Virus record (IMG/VR): IMGVR_UViG_2563367158_000001 | Length of the DNA stretch: 35,389 nucleotides | Direction: 5' to 3' (one strand) | DNA from: a virus | Taxonomy: Duplodnaviria; Heunggongvirae; Uroviricota; Caudoviricetes | Part shown: positions 8,405 through 16,352 of the stretch, piece by piece | Layout: each line of letters starts with the position of its first letter | Position numbering within the stretch: the first letter of the stretch is position 1 | Program-made: the position numbers and the translations under genes | Notes under the pieces: generated by a model | The model's input: only the letters and a program-made list of their open reading frames with translations | The model's database searches: none | What the model was told of the DNA's origin: nothing

Positions 8405-8895
8405 TCATGAGTCTTTTGAATGAAGTTCAGAAATACATTGAAGCCCATCCGGGGTGTACTTCCGGAGACATTGCGGATGCTTTTGCAGGTTACTCACGGC
8501 AGCGCGTTCTGCAGTCAGCAAGCAAGTTACGTCAGAGTGGTCGTGTGGCTCACCGTTGTGAAGGGGATACACGCAGACATTTCCCGCGCCTGACTGAGAG
8601 AGCGCAGGAGGCGGAACCGCAACCAGTTCGTGAAACCAGACCTGTGCGCAATTTCTATGTCGGCACTAACGACCCGCGGGAGATTTTGTGCCTGACCCGC
8701 CAGGCGGAAGAACTGGAGTCCAGGGGCTTATACCGTCGTGCTGCAACGGTGTGGATGGCGGCATTCCGTGAAAGCCACTCCCAGCAAGAGCGAAACAATT
8801 TTCTGGCGCGTCGTGAGCGGTGCTTACGGAAAAGCAGCAAGCGCGCTGCATCGGGTGAAGAGTGGTATCTGTCAGGGAATTACGTGGGGGCTTAA
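8401..8895 (+). CDS. PerC-family transcriptional activator homologue
   Basis: 164-aa ORF with the motif AEELESRGLYRRAATVWMAA resembling the PerC/Pch signature. Confidence 0.55.
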   Translation: MIMSLLNEVQKYIEAHPGCTSGDIADAFAGYSRQRVLQSASKLRQSGRVAHRCEGDTRRHFPRLTERAQEAEPQPVRETRPVRNFYVGTNDPREILCLTRQAEELESRGLYRRAATVWMAAFRESHSQQERNNFLARRERCLRKSSKRAASGEEWYLSGNYVGA

Positions 8896-9548
8896 TGAGT
8901 AATAAATATTGCCAGGCGCTGGTGGAACTGCGGAACAAACCAGCTCATGAACTGAAGGAAGTGGGCGATCAGTGGCGCACGCCGGACAACATTTTCTGGG
9001 GAATTAACACCCTGTTTGGCCCGTTTGTTCTGGATCTGTTCACTGACGGTGATAACGCCAAATGTGCCGCGTATTACACGGCGGAAGACAACGCGCTGGC
9101 GCATGACTGGTCAGAACGTCTTGCGGAGCTTAAAGGTGCTGCCTTTGGTAATCCCCCATACAGCCGCGCCAGTCAGCATGAGGGGCAATACATCACCGGC
9201 ATGCGTTACATCATGAAGCATGCCAGTGCCATGCGTGATAAAGGCGGGCGCTATGTTTTCCTGATCAAAGCTGCCACCAGCGAAGTGTGGTGGCCGGAAA
9301 ATGCAGATCATATTGCTTTTATTCGCGGGCGTATTGGTTTTGAACTGCCTGTCTGGTTTATCCCGAAAGACGAGAAGCAGGTACCGACAGGCGCTTTCTT
9401 CGCTGGTGCTATTGCTGTTTTCGACAAGACCTGGAAGGGACCGGCAATCAGCTACATCGGGCGCGATGAACTTGAGGCATGTGGTGAGGCCTTTCTGGCG
9501 CAGGTTCGCCAGCAGGCGGAAAAACTGGTCAGGGAGATGGCGGCATGA
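8895..9548 (+). CDS. phage-type DNA N6-adenine methyltransferase
   Basis: 217-aa product from the internal Met (MSNKYCQALVEL...) with the NPPY catalytic motif (FGNPPYSRA); start overlaps the PerC-like stop (TAATG). Confidence 0.8.
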   Translation: MSNKYCQALVELRNKPAHELKEVGDQWRTPDNIFWGINTLFGPFVLDLFTDGDNAKCAAYYTAEDNALAHDWSERLAELKGAAFGNPPYSRASQHEGQYITGMRYIMKHASAMRDKGGRYVFLIKAATSEVWWPENADHIAFIRGRIGFELPVWFIPKDEKQVPTGAFFAGAIAVFDKTWKGPAISYIGRDELEACGEAFLAQVRQQAEKLVREMAA

Positions 9549-9871
9549 CGACGTTAACTCAATGCCAGCAGCAGGTGCTGGATATGCTGATTTCTTACCA
9601 GAAAGAGCGTGGCTTTCCGCCAACCAATCAGGAGGTGGCAACCATGCTGGGATATCGTTCAGTGAATGCAGCGGTGGAGCATCTTCGCGCACTGGAGAAA
9701 AAAGGCGTCATCACGATAAAGCGTGGTGTGGCCCGGGGGATAACGCTTCATACCGCGGTGAAGGACGACGACAGCGAGGCGGTCGGGATTATCCGCTCAC
9801 TGCTTGCCGGTGAGGAAAACGCCAGGCTGCGTGCAGCCCACTGGTTACATGAGAGGGGTCTGAAAGTATGA
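9545..9871 (+). CDS. stand-alone LexA-like N-terminal DNA-binding domain protein (no S24 peptidase domain)
   Basis: 108-aa ORF; residues about 5-70 align by eye with the LexA winged-HTH (GFPPT..E.A..LG.RS.NAA.EHL.AL..KGVI.I..G..RGI.L); the short C-terminal tail lacks Ser/Lys catalytic motifs. Confidence 0.65.
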   Translation: MTTLTQCQQQVLDMLISYQKERGFPPTNQEVATMLGYRSVNAAVEHLRALEKKGVITIKRGVARGITLHTAVKDDDSEAVGIIRSLLAGEENARLRAAHWLHERGLKV

Positions 9872-10257
9872 AGCTGATTCTGCCTTTCCCGCCCAGCGTG
9901 AACACGTACTGGCGACACCCCAACAAAGGGGCGTTTGCAGGTAAGAGCCTGATAAGCGCGGCGGGGCGCAAATTCCAGAGCGCGGCGTGTGCAGCAATAG
10001 TTGAGCAGTTACGTCGTCTGCCAAAACCAACGTCGGCACCTGCTTCAGTGGAGATCGTGTTGTTTCCTCCGGATAACCGGATCCGCGATCTGGACAACTA
10101 TAACAAGGCGCTGTTTGACGCCCTGACCCACGCGGGTGTGTGGGAAGACGACAGTCAGGTGAAAAGAATGCTGGTGGAGTGGGGACCGGTTATCCCGGAA
10201 GGGAAGGTCGAGATCACTATCAGTAAGTACGAGAAAACGGCGGGTGCAGCCGCCTGA
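9868..10257 (+). CDS. rusA: Holliday junction resolvase RusA
   Basis: 129-aa ORF with the RusA motif DLDNYNKALFDALTHAGVWEDDSQV. Confidence 0.85.
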   Translation: MKLILPFPPSVNTYWRHPNKGAFAGKSLISAAGRKFQSAACAAIVEQLRRLPKPTSAPASVEIVLFPPDNRIRDLDNYNKALFDALTHAGVWEDDSQVKRMLVEWGPVIPEGKVEITISKYEKTAGAAA

Positions 10258-10276
10258 TTAAGAGGAGAAACGAAGT

Positions 10277-11074
10277 ATGAATAATCTGATGGTCATTGAT
10301 GGTATTGAAGTTCGTCGTGATGCTTATGGGCGTTACAGCCTGAACGATCTGCACAGGGCTGCCGGTTCTCTGGATAAGCATAAGCCTGCATTCTGGCTCC
10401 GCAATGAGCAAACTGAGCGTTTAATAAGCGAGTTGCAGATTTGCAACTCGGTCAATATAGAGCCAGTTAACGTTATTCGTGGCGGAAATAACCAGGGGAC
10501 GTATGTCTGCAAAGAACTGGTGTATGCCTATGCAATGTGGATCAGCCCGTCATTCCATCTGAAGGTGATCCGTACTTTCGACATGGTAACCAGCGCACCG
10601 GAAAAATTATCCGGACAGGCTGCTGACAAGATGCAGGCTGGTGTGATTCTGCTGGACTTTATGCGCCGGGAGTTAAATCTGTCTAACTCTTCAGTGCTTG
10701 GAGCCTGTCAGAAACTTCAGGAGGCTGTTGGCTTACCGAATCTGGCACCGCGCTATGCCATTGATGCTCCTGCTGACGCGCCTGATGGCTCAAGCCGCCC
10801 CACGCTGTCACTGAGTGCACTGCTGAAGCAGTATGGTATCCGCCTTACGGCTAATCAGGCATATCACCAGATGGCGAAGCTGGGGATCGTCGAACAGCGC
10901 GAACGATACAGCCGTACAGCGATTAACAACATCAAAAAATTCTGGTCGCTGACAGCGAAAGGCTGCATGTTCGGCAAGAATATCACCAGTCCCGCAAATC
11001 CGCGTGAGACGCAGCCGCATTTCTTCGAATCCCGATTCCCTGAGCTGTTAAAGCTGCTCGATACCGTTCATTGA
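10277..11074 (+). CDS. KilA-N domain protein (anti-repressor-like)
   Basis: 265-aa ORF; N-terminal KilA-N-type region (IDGIEVRRDAYGRYSLNDLHRAAG...KPAFWLRNEQTERLI). Confidence 0.75.
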   Translation: MNNLMVIDGIEVRRDAYGRYSLNDLHRAAGSLDKHKPAFWLRNEQTERLISELQICNSVNIEPVNVIRGGNNQGTYVCKELVYAYAMWISPSFHLKVIRTFDMVTSAPEKLSGQAADKMQAGVILLDFMRRELNLSNSSVLGACQKLQEAVGLPNLAPRYAIDAPADAPDGSSRPTLSLSALLKQYGIRLTANQAYHQMAKLGIVEQRERYSRTAINNIKKFWSLTAKGCMFGKNITSPANPRETQPHFFESRFPELLKLLDTVH

Positions 11075-11075
11075 G

Positions 11076-12071
11076 GTGACCGTGAGAGCACTACTGACCC
11101 CTGAAATTGCCCCGCGTATGGGGATCGTATTGTTCAGACCAGGTTCAGAGCTGATGCCCCTGTTTATGCAGGGGCGTGTCCTGCTGGAGCCTGAGCCGGA
11201 ACGTTATTCATCTTTCGCCAGTGGTGCTGTTCCGGCGGCATCACAACCGCTGGCGGATGATCCTGACGTTCGGGCCGTGTTCCGCAATGAGGCAGTGATC
11301 CGTCGTGCTGGTGGCGTGGAATGTCTTGAAAGCTGGTTACTTCGTGAAAAAGGCTGCCAGTGGCCTCATTCCGACTGGCACAGCGAGAATATGACAACAA
11401 TGCGACACGCGCCGGGCGCAATCCGTCTGTGCTGGCACTGCGATAACCAGCTGCGCGATCAGTTCACGGAACGGCTGGAATCAATGGCAACGGATAACTG
11501 TGCCCGCTGGGTGTTGTCTGTTGTGCGTCGGGATCTCGGTTTTGATGATAGTCACGTTGTGACAATGCCGGAACTGTGCTGGTGGCTGATTCGTAATGAC
11601 CTGGCGGATGCCTTACCGGAAAGTGCAGCCCGTAAGGCACTGAGATTACCGAAGCCTGTTGTGCCGTCTGTCACCCGGGAAAGTGACCTTGTGCCTTCGG
11701 TTCCTGCCACCAGCATCATCCAGGATAAGGTGAAAAAGGTGCTGGCGCTGAAAGTGGATCCGGAGTCGCCGGAGTCTTTTATGTTACGCCCAAAACGTCG
11801 CCGCTGGGTTAATGAAAAGTACACACGCTGGGTTAAGACACAGCCGTGTGCATGTTGTGGAAAGCCTGCTGATGATCCCCACCACCTGATAGGCCACGGT
11901 CAGGGGGGAATGGGTACAAAAGCGCATGACCTCTTTGTGTTGCCTTTGTGCAGAAAGCATCACGACGAGCTGCATGCGGATACCGTGGCATTTGAAGAGA
12001 AGTATGGTTCCCAGCTGGAGCTGATATTTCGTTTTATCGATCGTGCGCTGGCAATAGGCGTACTGGCGTAA
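11076..12071 (+). CDS. DUF968-family protein (YdfU-like, HNH-like Cys/His motif)
   Basis: 331-aa ORF with GTG start; C-terminal CACCGKPADDPHHLIGHGQGGMGTKAHDLFVLPLCRKHHDELH. Confidence 0.6.
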   Translation: MTVRALLTPEIAPRMGIVLFRPGSELMPLFMQGRVLLEPEPERYSSFASGAVPAASQPLADDPDVRAVFRNEAVIRRAGGVECLESWLLREKGCQWPHSDWHSENMTTMRHAPGAIRLCWHCDNQLRDQFTERLESMATDNCARWVLSVVRRDLGFDDSHVVTMPELCWWLIRNDLADALPESAARKALRLPKPVVPSVTRESDLVPSVPATSIIQDKVKKVLALKVDPESPESFMLRPKRRRWVNEKYTRWVKTQPCACCGKPADDPHHLIGHGQGGMGTKAHDLFVLPLCRKHHDELHADTVAFEEKYGSQLELIFRFIDRALAIGVLA

Positions 12072-12084
12072 GTGGAGAACGAGC

Positions 12085-12837
12085 ATGAACCTTGAAGCCT
12101 TACCGAAATATTACTCCCCGAAATCTCCAAAACTGAGCGATGACGCACCGGCGACAGGCTCTGGTGGTTTAACGATTACGGATGTGATGGCTGCGCAGGG
12201 GATGGTGCAGTCGAAAGCACCGCTTGGGTTTGCCTTATTCCTGGCAAAAGTTGGTGTTCAGGATCCTCAGTTTGCGATTGAAGGTCTGCTCAATTACGCG
12301 ATGGCACTGGATAACCCGACATTGAATAAATTGAGTGAAGAAACCCGGCTACAGATCATTCCTTACCTTGTGAATTTTGCCTTTGCTGATTATTCCAGGT
12401 CTGCGGCAAGTAAGGCTCGCTGTGAGCATTGTGCTGGTACTGGATTTCATAATGTATTGCGCGAGGTGGTGAAACACTCCAGAAGCGGGGAATCTGTTAT
12501 CAAGGAAGAGTGGGTGAAGGAACTATGTCAGCATTGTCATGGTAAGGGAGAAGTCAGCACAGCGTGCAGAGGGTGTAAGGGTAAAGGTATTGTCCTGGAT
12601 GAAAAAAGGACCCGGCTTCATGGCACGCCTGTTTATAAGATTTGTGGGCGTTGCAATGGAAACCGGTTTAGCCGTTTACCAACTACACTGGCACGACGTC
12701 ATGTCCAGAAGCTGGTTCCAGACCTGACTGATTATCAGTGGTACAAAGGATATGCAGACGTAATTGATAAACTAGTAACAAAGTGCTGGCAGGAAGAAGC
12801 ATATGCTGAAACGCAATTGAGAAAGGTGACGAGATAA
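12085..12837 (+). CDS. late-gene antitermination protein Q
   Basis: 250-aa ORF with CxxC zinc-binding motifs (CEHCAGTG, CQHCHGKG, CRGCKGKG, CGRCNGN); directly upstream of a terminator and the lysis cassette. Confidence 0.7.
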   Translation: MNLEALPKYYSPKSPKLSDDAPATGSGGLTITDVMAAQGMVQSKAPLGFALFLAKVGVQDPQFAIEGLLNYAMALDNPTLNKLSEETRLQIIPYLVNFAFADYSRSAASKARCEHCAGTGFHNVLREVVKHSRSGESVIKEEWVKELCQHCHGKGEVSTACRGCKGKGIVLDEKRTRLHGTPVYKICGRCNGNRFSRLPTTLARRHVQKLVPDLTDYQWYKGYADVIDKLVTKCWQEEAYAETQLRKVTR

Positions 12838-12944
12838 GTGATTTTCGCCGAAGATGGCGACATGAAGCTTGCATTTTTCAAAAAATATGGATAAGATTTT
12901 CTCAACGATGGGCTTTGTATGTCTGCCGTTGATAATTTTCACGA

Positions 12945-12970
12945 ACCCGCTGTTGAGCGGGTTTTTATTT
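12945..12970 (+). terminator. tR'-like intrinsic terminator downstream of Q
   Basis: ACCCGC-TGTTGA-GCGGGT hairpin followed by TTTTTATTT. Confidence 0.6.
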
Positions 12971-13022
12971 ACTTGTACTGAAACACATTATATAACCTCA
13001 TATCAGTTAAAAAGGAGGTTGT

Positions 13023-13358
13023 ATGATTAATGCCGTTGAGTACAGATTACCGTTAGGAAATATCTCTCCAGAGAATCTTGACGCGTTGTCAGAGCTTATC
13101 GTTAAGCATTCCGATAAATTTAATAACTATGTACTTAGTTCTATTTCTGATGATGATATTCGATATTCTTACGATTACTACAATTTTGAAATCACAGAGA
13201 TAGATGAATATGGGTTTCACTTTATAGCACCATATAGCTATTATGAAGGATGCGTTGACAATAACTTCTCAGGAGAGGTTGAAGGTTATGCAGAATACGA
13301 AATCATTGATAATGAATTAGTCTTCTCTCTTGAGGAACTACCTTGGGATGTAAAATAA
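13023..13358 (+). CDS. hypothetical small acidic protein (AT-rich insertion between Q and holin)
   Basis: 111-aa ORF, very Asp/Glu/Tyr-rich; strong RBS AAGGAGGTTGTATG; about 33% GC by eye; followed by its own terminator. Confidence 0.6.
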   Translation: MINAVEYRLPLGNISPENLDALSELIVKHSDKFNNYVLSSISDDDIRYSYDYYNFEITEIDEYGFHFIAPYSYYEGCVDNNFSGEVEGYAEYEIIDNELVFSLEELPWDVK

Positions 13359-13366
13359 ATATCAAT

Positions 13367-13400
13367 AATAAAGGCCGTAACGAACGGCCTTTATTATTAT
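13367..13400 (+). terminator. rho-independent terminator
   Basis: Perfect 11-bp stem AATAAAGGCCG / CGGCCTTTATT with a 7-nt loop, followed by ATTAT. Confidence 0.65.
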
Positions 13401-13509
13401 AAAATCATCAATGCCTGATGAATTAGAATGTAATTTTCGAATTAATAATAAATCAACATATCATTTCACGCTCCGATTTTCTGTCGGAGGCGAAACTGCG
13501 GCTATTCAT

Positions 13510-13815
13510 ATGCACGAAAAAGAGAATCTTGCTGGAGCGTTCTGGCTCGTTTTGCTGATCATCGCAGGTTGGGGCGGTCTGGTCCGCTACCTGATAGATG
13601 TGAAGCAGAGTAAAGCAACGTGGAGTTGGATAAATGCTCTGGCTCAGATAGTGGTATCAGGATTCACCGGTGTTATTGGTGGCCTGATCAGCATCGAAAG
13701 TGGATTCAGTATTTACATGATTCTCGCGACAGCGGGGATTAGTGGTGCGATGGGTTCGGTTGCACTGACGTACTTCTGGGAACGACTGACAGGGGTGAAA
13801 AATGCAAAATCTTAA
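13510..13815 (+). CDS. holin (three predicted TM helices); the ORF also has an upstream in-frame ATG at 13411
   Basis: Three hydrophobic segments (AFWLVLLIIAGWGGLV, WINALAQIVVSGFTGVIGGLI, IYMILATAGISGAMGSVAL); stop overlaps the endolysin start; start choice uncertain (13411 or 13510). Confidence 0.6.
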   Translation: MHEKENLAGAFWLVLLIIAGWGGLVRYLIDVKQSKATWSWINALAQIVVSGFTGVIGGLISIESGFSIYMILATAGISGAMGSVALTYFWERLTGVKNAKS

Positions 13816-14278
13816 TCCTCAGCGTAAAGCTTTCCTCGATATGGTGGCATGGTCAGAAGGAACGGATAACGGGCGACAACCGACACGTAACCACGGTTAT
13901 GATATTATTGTCGGTGGTGAACTCTTCACTGATTACTCCGATCACCCTCGCAAACTTGTCACGCTAAACCCCAAACTCAAATCAACAGCTGCAGGCCGTT
14001 ATCAACTTCTTTCACGCTGGTGGGATGCTTACCGCAAGCAGCTTGGGCTGAAAGACTTCTCTCCAAAAAGCCAGGATGCTGTGGCATTGCAGCAGATTAA
14101 AGAGCGTGGCGCTTTACCGATGATTGATCGCGGCGATATTCGTCAGGCTATCGATCGTTGCAGCAATATCTGGGCTTCACTGCCGGGCGCTGGTTACGGT
14201 CAGTATGAACATAAAATCGGTGACCTGATTGCCCGATTCAAAGAGGCTGGCGGGGTGGTAAATGAAGTTGAGCTATAA
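13802..14278 (+). CDS. endolysin, lambda R-type lytic transglycosylase
   Basis: 158-aa ORF, near-collinear with lambda R as I recall it (NxQRKAFLDM.AWSEGTDNGRQ.TRNHGYD.IVGGELFTDYSDHPRKLVTLNPKLKST.AGRYQLL). Confidence 0.92.
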   Translation: MQNLNPQRKAFLDMVAWSEGTDNGRQPTRNHGYDIIVGGELFTDYSDHPRKLVTLNPKLKSTAAGRYQLLSRWWDAYRKQLGLKDFSPKSQDAVALQQIKERGALPMIDRGDIRQAIDRCSNIWASLPGAGYGQYEHKIGDLIARFKEAGGVVNEVEL

Positions 14279-14723
14279 GCTGGTTATCGCTGCATTCTTC
14301 GTTACTGTCATTGGTTCTTTTATCTGTTCAGCAAATTATTACCACAGCAAAGCCATCGAATACAAAAAGCAGCGTGATGAGAATGCTATGGCATTAGATT
14401 CGGCTATGGCGACTATCTCTGATATGCAGAAGCGTCAACGTGACGTAGCAGAACTTGACGCCAGATACACAAAGGAGCTTGCTGATGCTAACGCGACTAT
14501 CGAAAGTCTCCGTGCTGATGTTTCTTCTGGGCGTAAGCGCCTGCAAGTCGCCGCCACCTGTGCAAAATCAACGACCAGAGCCAGCGGCATGGGCGATGGA
14601 GAAAGCCCAGGACTTACAGCAGATGCTGAACTCAATTATTACCGTCTCCGAAGTGGAATCGACAGAATAACCGCACAGGTTAACTACCTGCAGGAGTACA
14701 TCAGGACGCAATGCCTTCGATGA
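14262..14723 (+). CDS. i-spanin Rz
   Basis: 153-aa ORF; N-terminal TM helix then coiled-coil resembling lambda Rz (YKAQRD-like, RQRDVAELDARYTKELADA). Confidence 0.85.
   Translation: MKLSYKLVIAAFFVTVIGSFICSANYYHSKAIEYKKQRDENAMALDSAMATISDMQKRQRDVAELDARYTKELADANATIESLRADVSSGRKRLQVAATCAKSTTRASGMGDGESPGLTADAELNYYRLRSGIDRITAQVNYLQEYIRTQCLR
14485..14670 (+). CDS. o-spanin Rz1 (embedded in Rz, +1 frame)
   Basis: 61-aa product from the internal Met of ORF 14455..14670: signal peptide with a Cys then a Pro-rich segment (CKSPPPVQNQRPEPAAW), typical of Rz1 lipoproteins. Confidence 0.7.
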   Translation: MLTRLSKVSVLMFLLGVSACKSPPPVQNQRPEPAAWAMEKAQDLQQMLNSIITVSEVESTE

Positions 14724-14990
14724 TAGCGATAATTTTACTCATCATCCTTCACATCAGGCCCTGTAGACAGAGTGGTGATTACTTCTGGAGTGGATTCAGA
14801 TTAAACATCTCATTGCTAATGTTTGAGGTTAAGCATCTGGCGCGCGGTAAGTGGTTGCGTTGAAATAAGAGCCAGTCCATTACAAATTTCATCAAGCGTT
14901 ATTGGTAAGGGTGATAATTATGAGATACCTCTTCACTAAGAGTAATCTTAAGGGTAATGTGTAACCTCACTTTTTAATACGGAGGTTGTA

Positions 14991-15215
14991 ATGTTAGAGA
15001 ATTATTTCCCTTCAGGAATAGGTGCTCAGCCTGTAACTCAAGCTCAAAAACAGAGGGTTATAGCTGTTCAAGCTGCCCTTGAATTAGTTAAGGCCTCACT
15101 TTCTTCTGCAGGTGGTCAGGCTACAAGTGCAAAATTTGAACAGGAATTAAAAGCAGCTATTGGCTTAATTGAACCATTAGCCGATGCCATTCAGAAAGCA
15201 ATCAGCAAAGAATAA
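14991..15215 (+). CDS. hypothetical small helical protein (AT-rich insertion after lysis genes)
   Basis: 74-aa ORF; strong RBS GGAGGTTGTAATG nearly identical to that of 13023..13358; Ala/Gln/Lys-rich; strong terminator about 100 nt downstream. Confidence 0.55.
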   Translation: MLENYFPSGIGAQPVTQAQKQRVIAVQAALELVKASLSSAGGQATSAKFEQELKAAIGLIEPLADAIQKAISKE

Positions 15216-15321
15216 ATAAACCACCTGCATTTTGTTTTATTTCCCAACTAACGGGTGTAATAATCTTAATGTTTCCCGTGGATAGATAAGACAATAAGTA
15301 TTCACCTTCAAGATATAAACG

Positions 15322-15347
15322 AGCCTCGCTAATGCGAGGCTTTTTTA
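15322..15347 (+). terminator. rho-independent terminator
   Basis: AGCCTCGC-TAAT-GCGAGGCT hairpin followed by TTTTT. Confidence 0.7.
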
Positions 15348-15381
15348 CGCATTGTAAGCGTGCACCAAAGAGGGGATATAA

Positions 15382-15732
15382 ATGCCACCACGAACCCCAA
15401 AAGCCTGCCGTTTTCGCGGTTGCCGCAATACCACGACTGATCCGTCAGGCTATTGCGAAAGCCACAAAAGCGAGGGCTGGAAGCAATACAAGCCAGGACA
15501 ATCCCGTCATCAGCGCGGTTATGGTTCGAAGTGGGACAGTATCCGCGCGGGTGTCCTGAAGCGTGACAAAGGCCTGTGTCAGTTATGTCTGCGTGCTGGT
15601 GTGGTGCGTGAGGCGAAAACCGTTGACCACATCATCCCTAAAGCGCATGGCGGCACTGATGCCGACTGTAATCTGCAGAGTCTGTGCTGGCCGTGTCATA
15701 AGGCGAAGACGGCCCGTGAACGACTTAAGTGA
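15382..15732 (+). CDS. HNH endonuclease (terminase-associated)
   Basis: 116-aa ORF with Cys clusters and DHIIPKAHGG ... CWPCH HNH motif; directly upstream of the terminase genes. Confidence 0.85.
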   Translation: MPPRTPKACRFRGCRNTTTDPSGYCESHKSEGWKQYKPGQSRHQRGYGSKWDSIRAGVLKRDKGLCQLCLRAGVVREAKTVDHIIPKAHGGTDADCNLQSLCWPCHKAKTARERLK

Positions 15733-15758
15733 TAATAATTCTCAACTGTCTGAGGGGA

Positions 15759-15818
15759 GGGGCGGGTCAAATCTCTGTGACCTGACGTCTTCCGGACTGC
15801 CCGCCCCATCGTTTTTTT
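15759..15818 (+). other. GC-rich structured element between HNH and terS (candidate terminator or cos-proximal site)
   Basis: GGGGCGGG (15759-15766) pairs with CCCGCCCC (15800-15807) around nested small hairpins, followed by TTTTTTT. Confidence 0.35.
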
Positions 15819-15857
15819 ATACCCGCGAAAAATGAAATTTAACCAGGAGTGCCGCAT

Positions 15858-16352
15858 ATGGCTGGAACGGCGGGGCGTTCCGGGCGTCGCCCCAAGCCAA
15901 CGGCGCGCAAGGCGCTGGCCGGAAACCCCGGCAAGCGAGCCCTGAACAAAGATGAACCTGTTTTTACGCCCATCAAAGGTGTTGAGCCACCGGAGTGGTT
16001 CGCAGAAGAAGATCTCCCTCTCGCCACGATCATGTGGCAACTGACAACCAAAGAACTCTGCGGTCAGGGCCTGCTGTGCGTGACTGACCTGGCGGTACTT
16101 GAGCGGTGGTGCGTGGCCTATGAGTTCTGGCGACGTGCCGTGAAAAATATTGCCAGCCAGGGCAACACCATCACCGGTGCAATGGGCGGCAGGGTCAAAA
16201 ACCCGGAGCTGACCGCCAAGAAAGAACAGGAGTCCGAGATGAGCAGCACGGGGGCAATGCTCGGACTCGACCCCAGCAGCCGCCAGCGTCTGATAGGCCT
16301 GGCGGGGCAGAAGAAAGCCACTAACCCGTTTCTGAAAATCATCGAATCATGA
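15858..16352 (+). CDS. terminase small subunit (P27 family)
   Basis: N-terminus [14 protein letters not shown] typical of the P27-family small terminase; AGGAG 8 nt upstream of the ATG at 15858; stop overlaps the large-subunit start. Confidence 0.85.
   Translation: MAGTAGRSGRRPKPTARKALAGNPGKRALNKDEPVFTPIKGVEPPEWFAEEDLPLATIMWQLTTKELCGQGLLCVTDLAVLERWCVAYEFWRRAVKNIASQGNTITGAMGGRVKNPELTAKKEQESEMSSTGAMLGLDPSSRQRLIGLAGQKKATNPFLKIIES

Noticed and set aside
14920-14964. 14-codon mini-ORF (MRYLFTKSNLKGNV) with a weak RBS just upstream of the 74-aa gene
   Set aside because: Too short to support from sequence alone; could be a leader peptide but there is no attenuator structure linking it to the downstream gene.
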